NCBI GenBank assembly: GCA_964370265.1
Contig: CAYJIP010000004.1
Coordinates: 13,465-77,464, forward strand
Length of the DNA: 64,000 bases
Direction: 5' to 3'
Origin: an uncultured Clostridium sp.
GTDB taxonomy: Bacteria; Bacillota; Clostridia; TANB77; CAG-508
In this document: one piece after another, positions 19,325 to 27,429 of the stretch
Position numbering within the stretch: position 1 is the stretch's first letter
How the letters are laid out: each line of letters begins with the position of its first letter
The notes under the pieces: model-generated
Seen by the model: the letters and a program-made list of their open reading frames with translations, nothing else
Database searches by the model: none
What the model was told of the DNA's origin: nothing
Position numbers and translations under genes: made by a program

Positions 19325-19717
19325 ATGAAAGAAAAGATTAAAGAAGAGCCAACAGTTATTAAAAATATATTTAAAGGTGTTGCTATTTCATTTGTATTCA
19401 CAATGGTATGTTTAGTGATATTTGCAACAATATTAACAAATACAGATGTTCCAGAGTCGACAATTCCAACTATAATAACAATAGTGACAATAATTAGTAT
19501 ATTAATAGGTAGTTCAATTAGTAATTTTAAAATAAGAAGAAATGGAATAATAAATGGGGGATTAGTCGGTTGTATATATTTGATTATTATATATACATTA
19601 TCAGGTATATTAACAGGTGAGTTTGGATTAAATGTTAATAGTATGATTACAATAGTGCTAGCAATTCTTTTTGGAATAATTGGTGGAATAATAGGGGTTA
19701 ATAAGAAAATAAAATAA
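19325..19717 (+). CDS. Small four-TM membrane protein (possibly TIGR04086-like)
   Basis: Four hydrophobic helices with glycine-rich packing motifs follow an AAGGGGGA RBS. Confidence 0.45.
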   Translation: MKEKIKEEPTVIKNIFKGVAISFVFTMVCLVIFATILTNTDVPESTIPTIITIVTIISILIGSSISNFKIRRNGIINGGLVGCIYLIIIYTLSGILTGEFGLNVNSMITIVLAILFGIIGGIIGVNKKIK

Positions 19718-19718
19718 A

Positions 19719-20477
19719 TTATATCAAAGAAGTAATGTTAATTTGTAGATTTGTAGAATTGTTTGAAATATCATATAGATCTAAAGATAATGAGATATTA
19801 TTGTAGAACTCTTTTTCGAATCTTGTGTAATCATCATTTGATGTCCATCCATTTATAGGTTGTAAAGGTTCATTTGAAATAAGAGTTCCTGTTAAACTGT
19901 TTGGATTAGATTGTTTTTCAATAAATATTACATTAGGTGAGATGTTATCAACAATAATATTTGTTGATAACGAAGTATAATTATTAAAATTATTATGGCT
20001 ATCTGAAACTATGTTGTCATCAATCGATATTGATAGTATTCCATTATTAGATATGTTTGAAATTGCTATATTGTATTTTTTACCAGAATCAAATTCTTCA
20101 ATTATTTTGAAATCTAATATTTCAAAATATGTAGATCTATTATTAAGAAATAATTTAATATTACTTTCATTAAAATTATTTAAGTTAATATTGTTTTCGT
20201 ATAATGTTACATCAAATTTAAGAATATGATTTGAATTTATATTAAAAATATTTGATTCGTCATTGATATGAATATTATTAATAGAAAAGTACGGTTTTTT
20301 AGTATCTAAATTTATATTAAATATATTGTAAGATAAATATTCTTGATATTTAGCAGCAGATATATTAGGTATACAAGTTATATTGAAAAATATTAGTAAT
20401 ATAGATAATGTGGAAAATGATAATAAAAGTAATAATAGTTTAGTTATTACTTTTTCTTTTTTTATTACTTTAGCCAT
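19719..20477 (-). CDS. Hypothetical secreted Asn/Ile/Ser-rich protein
   Basis: A signal-peptide-like N-terminus (KLLLLLLSFSTLSILLIFF) precedes a low-complexity N-rich sequence. No domain was recognised. It converges on the 19325 gene with a 1-nt gap between the stops. Confidence 0.4.
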   Translation of the reverse strand: MAKVIKKEKVITKLLLLLLSFSTLSILLIFFNITCIPNISAAKYQEYLSYNIFNINLDTKKPYFSINNIHINDESNIFNINSNHILKFDVTLYENNINLNNFNESNIKLFLNNRSTYFEILDFKIIEEFDSGKKYNIAISNISNNGILSISIDDNIVSDSHNNFNNYTSLSTNIIVDNISPNVIFIEKQSNPNSLTGTLISNEPLQPINGWTSNDDYTRFEKEFYNNISLSLDLYDISNNSTNLQINITSLI

Positions 20478-20697
20478 GTCTTGTGTTGAATAACCTCCTT
20501 AGTGATATATTAAAATAAGTATTAAATATTTTTATTTGTTAGTGGTAGTATAATATATTTATTCTGTCGAAAAAACGAAAAATTTGCGGTGAAAAGTAAT
20601 TGACAAATTATGGAAAAGAAAATATAATTCAGTCATTACATATTTATTCAAAATTTGTAAGAAATTTATTCTAAAATAGTTTTTAACTTATTAAACT

Positions 20698-20751
20698 AAT
20701 TTCAATCAAAAAATTTCAATCAAAAATTTCAATCAAAAGATTCAATTAAAA
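20698..20751. repeat. Tandem repeat, four copies of a 13-14 bp unit (atttcaatcaaaa)
   Basis: It was read directly in the intergenic region upstream of the 20848 gene. Confidence 0.7.
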
Positions 20752-20847
20752 AGATTTAATTCTAAGAAGTAATTTCTAAAGTTTCCTATAATAAAACGAG
20801 AGAGGAGGTTATATTTTACGATAAATAGTATCAAAAATATAATTTGT

Positions 20848-21339
20848 TTGATTTCTTTACTTGGATTAACAATACTTATATTGAAACAGAATCCTGATAC
20901 TGTAAAAAGTATTAAAATATTCCCATGGGATTTTGAAGATAATTCAATATACAAAGAAGCATATTTAATTAAATGTGAAAATATGTACCCTGGTATGATT
21001 AATGAATTTCAGATAATTATTAAAAATGAATGGACTACCCCGAACATTCAATACAATATAGAAATTATTAATAACACACAAAAACCTAAAAACATATACT
21101 ATATATTTGAAGAAGAAAAATATAGTGATATAAACAATTTGAAAGATGTTATACTTGAAGCTATATATAATAATGAGAATATAGAAGAAAGTATATATAC
21201 AATAAAAATTGCGTGGGATTTTGAAACAGGTGAAAATGAAGAAGAGATTAAAGAAAACAATGTAATTGATACAAATGATATGAAAGAATTATCAAGCTAC
21301 TCCTTTATGATAATTTTATCAGCCCATAAACTTGTATAA
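20848..21339 (+). CDS. Hypothetical protein; the annotated TTG start is doubtful
   Basis: A strong AGAGGAGG RBS at 20801-20808 is 40 nt upstream of the TTG. The frame stays open back to the RBS and encodes a signal-like INSIKNIICLISLLGLTILIL, but no canonical start codon is present there. Confidence 0.4.
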   Translation: MISLLGLTILILKQNPDTVKSIKIFPWDFEDNSIYKEAYLIKCENMYPGMINEFQIIIKNEWTTPNIQYNIEIINNTQKPKNIYYIFEEEKYSDINNLKDVILEAIYNNENIEESIYTIKIAWDFETGENEEEIKENNVIDTNDMKELSSYSFMIILSAHKLV

Positions 21340-21414
21340 AATCTAAAATTAATTTATTTCTTTGAAAAGAATAAATATGTAATAAAGTCCGTCAAGGTTA
21401 ATATTTTTATTTGA

Positions 21415-21445
21415 AGTTAGGAATTTTAATTCCTAACTTTTATTA
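21415..21445 (+). terminator. Rho-independent terminator (near-perfect palindrome aagttaggaatt/aattcctaactt + T-rich tail)
   Basis: The palindrome lies directly downstream of the 20848 gene. Confidence 0.5.
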
Positions 21446-21566
21446 ATTATAAAAGAGGAGTATAAGAATATAAAAGTATAAAAGTATAAAACATAAAGTA
21501 TAAAAATGTAAAATGCAAAATTATAGAAAGGCTAAATATAATAAATACTTATAAAGGAAAATAGAT

Positions 21567-22112
21567 TTGAAAAAAACAAATAATAGTGAAAAAATATATA
21601 ATAATCAAAAAATTAAAAAGAGGAAAAAAATGATAACAAAAATAATATGTATAATTATTCTTTTATTTAGTATAGTTACATGTATTATTATAGGAAAGCA
21701 TATATATAATATGATGCTATATGGAAAAGATGAAAATGAGATTATTGTTGAAACAAATATTTTAAAACCGATATATGTAATAGAAGCACAAGAAGTGGTA
21801 GAAGTGGTTGGTGATGAGGAATATAAATATATAATGAATATTAAAAATTATAATGAAAATGAAGTCAATCAGCTTGAATCTAAATGTAAATTAAGAATAG
21901 TATCAAATGAAGAATATAATCATGAATTTAGTATATATGTAAATGATAGTAGAGTAGAGTTAGAAAATAGTTGGATAAAAGATATAATTATTACAAGAAA
22001 TGAAAAACAGGATATAAAGATAGAAATATTATTAAAATTGGATAGTTCGCTAATAAATACGGAAATAGAATTATTTGACATTATTAGCATGGAAGTTGTA
22101 GTAGAACAATAG
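21567..22112 (+). CDS. Hypothetical membrane-anchored protein
   Basis: Either TTG 21567 or ATG 21630 could be the start; both have an RBS. A single N-terminal TM helix is followed by an E/K/N-rich domain. No domain was recognised. Confidence 0.4.
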   Translation: MKKTNNSEKIYNNQKIKKRKKMITKIICIIILLFSIVTCIIIGKHIYNMMLYGKDENEIIVETNILKPIYVIEAQEVVEVVGDEEYKYIMNIKNYNENEVNQLESKCKLRIVSNEEYNHEFSIYVNDSRVELENSWIKDIIITRNEKQDIKIEILLKLDSSLINTEIELFDIISMEVVVEQ

Positions 22113-22200
22113 TTGTTTATAAAAATAAATATAAAATATATTGACTGTATAGATAAAAAAATATAAAATGTAAAATGAAAGAAAAAAGAATGGAGAAAAA

Positions 22201-23040
22201 ATGACACTAATATATGTAATAATTCTAGCAGGATTAATGAGTGCAATAGGACAATATGTGGATAAGCATTTAGTGAATAAAGGAATAACACGAAAAGATT
22301 ATTTCTATTATATGTGTTTTTCAATGATACCATATGCAATATTTATGATTATTGTAGAATATATGACAGGACAACTTAAATTTACTACGGGAATAATTCC
22401 TATAATATTAATAATGTTAGCAATGTTTTTTAGATATAAGAAGCAACATACAGTTGTTGGATGTTTAACACATTTAAATCCATATGAAGACACAGCATAT
22501 TTAACTTTAGGTATTGTATTAGCATATGGGATTGATATTTTAATTGGTGCTGAATCAGCAAGTGTATTAGAAATTATATCAATAATACTAATAATTATAG
22601 GTGTATTTATTATTGCGGATTCTAAAGTGAAAATGAAAAATTTGCAAAAAGATATACTTATACGAATACTAACAACATTAATAATAGGATATATTACATA
22701 TTACTCATTACAATATATGTCTAATGCAATTTTTCTATTGATAGTCAATTTAGGTTTAACTTTAATTTTTTCTAGAGGATACAAAATAAAATATCATATT
22801 GAAAATAAAAATATAATTAAATGGGTGTTTATCCAACAATTATTTGGTTTTATATATTTATATGCTAGCAATTATTTAAATAGTAATTCTGTAACACTAA
22901 GTTCATATGTAAAACCCATGTCAATTATATGTGTAGTAGTTATATCGTTATTTTTGAAAGAAAAAGAGAAAAAACCTAAAGTACATCAAATAATCGGTGT
23001 TTTAATAATGATTGCAGGAATAAGTTTAATAAATGTTTAG
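22201..23040 (+). CDS. Multi-TM membrane protein, DMT/EamA-like transporter
   Basis: There are about ten TM segments with two-fold internal repeat character. The C-terminal GVLIMIAGISLI is typical of EamA. Confidence 0.45.
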   Translation: MTLIYVIILAGLMSAIGQYVDKHLVNKGITRKDYFYYMCFSMIPYAIFMIIVEYMTGQLKFTTGIIPIILIMLAMFFRYKKQHTVVGCLTHLNPYEDTAYLTLGIVLAYGIDILIGAESASVLEIISIILIIIGVFIIADSKVKMKNLQKDILIRILTTLIIGYITYYSLQYMSNAIFLLIVNLGLTLIFSRGYKIKYHIENKNIIKWVFIQQLFGFIYLYASNYLNSNSVTLSSYVKPMSIICVVVISLFLKEKEKKPKVHQIIGVLIMIAGISLINV

Positions 23041-23097
23041 TTTATGAAACAAGATAATGATGAAGAATAAATAGATAATAATTAAAAGAATAATAAA

Positions 23098-23146
23098 AGA
23101 AAGAAAATATTTTAAACTTAGATATTTTCTTTCTATTTTATTTTTT
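23098..23146 (+). terminator. Rho-independent terminator
   Basis: A 13-bp stem agaaagaaaatat/atattttctttct is followed by a T-rich tail. Confidence 0.6.
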
Positions 23147-23256
23147 ATATCATAAATATTTGAAAAATATGTCGTAACTGTAAATTCTTTATAAAACTAG
23201 TTGAAATTTTATTGTTTTTAATATAAAATCTAAAAAGACAAAATTGGAGGTAAGAA

Positions 23257-23916
23257 ATGGTAAATTTAAGTGACGTTATACAAAATCCAGAAGTAGAAGC
23301 ATTAATTGAAGGAGCACAATTTCAATTGAATGAATTAGGATTCACAGAACATAGCTATAGACACATATCAACAGTTTCAAAAAGAGCAGGAGATATATTA
23401 GCTGTTTTAGGATATAACCAAAGAGATGTTGAATTAGCAAAAATAGCAGGATATTTACATGATATAGGGAATTCGGTAAATAGAAATGATCATGCACATA
23501 CAGGTGGGATTTTAGCATTTCAAATATTAAAAGGGATGGATATGGAATTATCTGAAGTAACTAGAATTATGGCTGCAATTGGAAATCATGATGAAAAAAC
23601 AGGAGCTCCAGTAAATGAGATTTCAGCAGCATTAATACTAGCAGACAAATCTGATGTACATAGAGATAGAGTTATGAATAATGATTTTGCAACATTTGAT
23701 ATTCATGATAGAGTAAACTATGCAGTTACAAATACAGAATTAAAAGTAGATGAGAAAGATAGAAAAATTATATTATCATTAGATGTTGATACTAAAAATT
23801 GTCCAGTAATAGATTATTTTCAAATATTTATGGATAGAACAATAATGAGTAAAAGAGCAGCCAAATATTTAGATATATGGTTTGAATTAGAAATAAATGG
23901 TACAAAATTATTGTAA
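23257..23916 (+). CDS. HD domain phosphohydrolase
   Basis: The HD motif YLHDIGN and metal ligands (H..H, D) are present. It is a ~220 aa single-domain protein. Confidence 0.7.
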   Translation: MVNLSDVIQNPEVEALIEGAQFQLNELGFTEHSYRHISTVSKRAGDILAVLGYNQRDVELAKIAGYLHDIGNSVNRNDHAHTGGILAFQILKGMDMELSEVTRIMAAIGNHDEKTGAPVNEISAALILADKSDVHRDRVMNNDFATFDIHDRVNYAVTNTELKVDEKDRKIILSLDVDTKNCPVIDYFQIFMDRTIMSKRAAKYLDIWFELEINGTKLL

Positions 23917-23974
23917 AATAAAAGAATAAAATGAAAAAATAAAAATTTAAAATTAAAAGAAGGAAGGATAAAAA

Positions 23975-25345
23975 ATGAAAGCAGTAAAAATATTAACAAT
24001 AGCAATATTAATTATATTAATATCAATAATTAGTTTCTTTGGAGTATATATTCAAGAACAAAATAGAATGGAAAATGTAATGAATGATTACCAGTATGCT
24101 ATGGATTTAGCAGGAGGAAGAGTGGCGAAATATGATGTTGTAACTGGGACATATTCACAAGTTGTAGATGCAGAAGGTAATATAGTGACTACAGAAATGA
24201 CAGATGAAGAAATAACGGCAGCAGGATATTCAAAAGTAGAAATAGAATATAATCAAGCTGAAAAAATCACATTAGAAAATTATGAAGAAGTTAAAGAAAT
24301 TTATAAGAAAAGATTAGATGATATGGGAGTTTCTGAATACACACTTGGTTTAGATGAATATACAGGACAATTAGTATTAGAATTACCAGAAAATTCTGAA
24401 ACAGATTATATTATAGCGAACTTATATAGTAGAGGGGAATTAGAAATTGTTGATACATTAACAGGAGATGTATTAATGACAAGTGCCGATTTAGAAGGGG
24501 TAGAAGTACTGTATGCACAAGATCAAACAACAGGAAGTACATCAGTATATTTAGATATTCAATTCAATGAAGAAGGAACAACTAAATTAGAGCAAATTAG
24601 TAATACTTATGTGGGAACAATTTCAACAGATACAGAAGATGCAGAACCTATAGAAAAAACAATAGATTTAACAGTTGATGGAACAATATTAATGAGTACA
24701 GGGTTTGATGCACCATTAATAGATGGATCGTTACAAATGTCAATAGGTAGTGCAGCATATGATGAAGAAACATTAAATTCAAATGTTCAACAAGCAATTA
24801 CAATAGCAACAATTTTGGATAATGGACAATTACCATTAGAATATGAATTGACAGGAAATGAACTTGTATATTCAGATATACAACAAGAAACAATAAATAT
24901 GATAGGTTATGTACTGTTGGCAGTAGCAACAATAATCTTTATAAGATTAATGGTTAAATATAAAATGCTTGGATTATTAGGTTATGTAGCATTTGTTGGA
25001 GTTATGGCATTAATATTATTGGTTTTAAGATATACAGATGTATTAATTTCTTTAGAAGGATTAACAGCAATAGCTATGATTGGAGTTTTAAATATTACAG
25101 TGATAACTTGTATAATAAGTAAAATCCAAAAAGGATTAGTAGTAAATGAATCATTTAAAGAAGTATTTAAGTCAATATTTATAAATATATTGCCGGTTAT
25201 AATAATAGCAGTAGTATTTTCGTTTACAGAATGGGTACCAGTGAGAAGTTTTGGTATGGTTATGTTTTGGGGATTATTAGTATCAATAATGTATAATATT
25301 ACAATAACTATGACTTTATTTAAAATACAAATGGGAGAAAAATAG
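23975..25345 (+). CDS. SecD-like membrane protein (divergent)
   Basis: It has TM1, then the SecD GG motif YAMDLAGGR, a ~290-aa extracytoplasmic domain and five C-terminal TMs, i.e. the SecD 1+5 topology. The conserved Asp of the TM region appears replaced (MIGVLNITVI). Confidence 0.5.
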   Translation: MKAVKILTIAILIILISIISFFGVYIQEQNRMENVMNDYQYAMDLAGGRVAKYDVVTGTYSQVVDAEGNIVTTEMTDEEITAAGYSKVEIEYNQAEKITLENYEEVKEIYKKRLDDMGVSEYTLGLDEYTGQLVLELPENSETDYIIANLYSRGELEIVDTLTGDVLMTSADLEGVEVLYAQDQTTGSTSVYLDIQFNEEGTTKLEQISNTYVGTISTDTEDAEPIEKTIDLTVDGTILMSTGFDAPLIDGSLQMSIGSAAYDEETLNSNVQQAITIATILDNGQLPLEYELTGNELVYSDIQQETINMIGYVLLAVATIIFIRLMVKYKMLGLLGYVAFVGVMALILLVLRYTDVLISLEGLTAIAMIGVLNITVITCIISKIQKGLVVNESFKEVFKSIFINILPVIIIAVVFSFTEWVPVRSFGMVMFWGLLVSIMYNITITMTLFKIQMGEK

Positions 25346-25355
25346 GAGGAATAAT

Positions 25356-26015
25356 ATGAAAAAAATATCAAACAAGATGAAAATATTAGCTCTAATATTG
25401 GCTGTGATAATTATTACAGGAGTAACAGTTGCGTTAACAATAGGGTTTGAATTTGATTTGAGATTTGAAAGATCAAATTCGATAGATATATATTTAGAAA
25501 AACAATTTGAAATATCAGACATAAAACAAATTACAGACGAAACAATGAGTGGTAAAAATGTAATAATACAGAAAGTAGAAGTATTTGAAGATTCAGTTAA
25601 AATAACAGCCGAAAATATATCGGAAGAAGAAAAAAATAATACAATAACAAAAATAAATGAAAAATATCAAACAGAAATATTAGCAGAAGATATATCAATA
25701 GACACTCTTCCACATGTAAGAGCTAGAGACATATTAATGCCATATGTTGTACCATTTGTTATTGCATCTGTAATAGCATTAGCATATATGATAATTCATT
25801 ATAGAAAAGTAGGAATAGTAAAAGTTATAACACAAATAGTTTGTATATTAATGATTTCACAAGTAGTATTATTTAGTATTATAGCAATTTTACAAATACC
25901 TCTAGGAACAATAACTATACCGTTAGTTATAACTGTATATGTTGCAGGATTAATATATATAACAAATAAATTACAAAAACAATTAAAAGAAACTAAAGAA
26001 GTAGAAAATAAATAG
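25356..26015 (+). CDS. SecF-like membrane protein, short/divergent
   Basis: It has TM1, a degenerate GG-motif region (TIGFEFDLRF), a ~100-aa external domain and only three further TMs (SecF normally has five). It starts 11 nt after the SecD-like gene, behind an AGGAGGA RBS. Confidence 0.4.
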   Translation: MKKISNKMKILALILAVIIITGVTVALTIGFEFDLRFERSNSIDIYLEKQFEISDIKQITDETMSGKNVIIQKVEVFEDSVKITAENISEEEKNNTITKINEKYQTEILAEDISIDTLPHVRARDILMPYVVPFVIASVIALAYMIIHYRKVGIVKVITQIVCILMISQVVLFSIIAILQIPLGTITIPLVITVYVAGLIYITNKLQKQLKETKEVENK

Positions 26016-26064
26016 AATAATATTTATATAATTTGAAAGTTAAAAGACGAACAGGGGAAGAATT

Positions 26065-27237
26065 ATGAAAATAAAAGGGAATAAAGGTATAACATTAATT
26101 AGTTTAGTAATAACAATTATTGTACTATTAATATTAGCAGGAATAAGTATAGCTATGCTAACAGGAGAAAGTGGAATATTAACACAAGCAGATAAAGCAA
26201 CAGAAGCAACAAGAGGTGGAGATGTTGATGAAACTTTAAGAATGTGGGAATATAGTACAGAATTAGAAAAATATACGGATAGAAATGATGAAATATCTTT
26301 AAGTGAACAATTAGATGAATTAGTAGCAAAAGGGAAATTAACACCAGAAGAGAGAGTAGAATTAGAAGCTAATAAAAAAGTAGAGATAGGTGGAATTTTG
26401 GTAAGATTACCAAATGTTGAAGAAAATGATGGTAATGATAAGATATATTTAGGTGACCTTCCAGAGGGAACAAAAGTTATGTATAATAATATAGAATGGG
26501 CTATTTTATATGATGGCGAAAATGGTGATCCATTTACAAATAAAGTTGAATTAGTATCAACAGATGCACTGGATGAAATTAATTTGGATAGTAATACATA
26601 TACTACGGAAGAATTGAAAAACAATTATAGAAAAGCTATCGAAATTCTAAATGGTTCAGTTCAACAATATAATTTAGGAGATGCTTTAAGTGTAAGGCAT
26701 GTTGGTACAGATCCAACAAATCCAAATGCATATGCAATGATAGGTGAACAATACGTTGATTATTATGATATACCGGACGATATGGTTTTTGAACGTGACA
26801 CGAATGAAAATGGTTATATATATAGATATGGAGAATTAAATAGTGCTAATTTTGTAGGATTGGAGCAAATAGTACAAAATCATCATGAAACAGATATTAA
26901 TAAATTAAAAACAATAGATGTAGATGGTGAAAATATGTATGATATTGATGGACAATCATATTTTCTAGGAAGCAGAACAGCTACAGTGCAATACGGGAAA
27001 ATGGTATATAGTTCAGGTCAGGAAGAAGTAAGTACTGATTTGAGATATTTCTGTTTGAGATATAAATATGAAAATGATGAAGAACTTAGAAATGTAACTA
27101 TTGCAACATATGGAAAAGCATCAGCGTCAGTGAGTGGAAGACCAGGTACACCAATGTTAAGGCCAGTAATTGCGTTTTCACCAGATAAAGAAGTTGAATT
27201 AGATACAGTAAATGCAGATACATATATATTTAAATAA
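26065..27237 (+). CDS. Prepilin-like N-terminal domain protein (paralog 2)
   Basis: The N-terminus MKIKGNKG|ITLISLVITIIVLLILAGISIAMLTGESGILTQA is near-identical to paralogs 1 and 3. The C-terminal 340 aa are unrelated. It starts 49 nt downstream of the SecF-like gene. Confidence 0.6.
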   Translation: MKIKGNKGITLISLVITIIVLLILAGISIAMLTGESGILTQADKATEATRGGDVDETLRMWEYSTELEKYTDRNDEISLSEQLDELVAKGKLTPEERVELEANKKVEIGGILVRLPNVEENDGNDKIYLGDLPEGTKVMYNNIEWAILYDGENGDPFTNKVELVSTDALDEINLDSNTYTTEELKNNYRKAIEILNGSVQQYNLGDALSVRHVGTDPTNPNAYAMIGEQYVDYYDIPDDMVFERDTNENGYIYRYGELNSANFVGLEQIVQNHHETDINKLKTIDVDGENMYDIDGQSYFLGSRTATVQYGKMVYSSGQEEVSTDLRYFCLRYKYENDEELRNVTIATYGKASASVSGRPGTPMLRPVIAFSPDKEVELDTVNADTYIFK

Positions 27238-27429
27238 TTAGAATATATCTTGAAAAAGAATAAGTTAAAGTTAAATTAACAATAAATAAAAGTGAAAAAT
27301 AGAAGATAATATAAAATGAGTTAAATCATAGCATAAATCTTCTGTTTTTTTTGTTTTATACTATACAAATTAAAATAAATAATGATATAATTACCTCGAA
27401 TTAAGTTCTAAAGAGAAAAGAGGATACAA

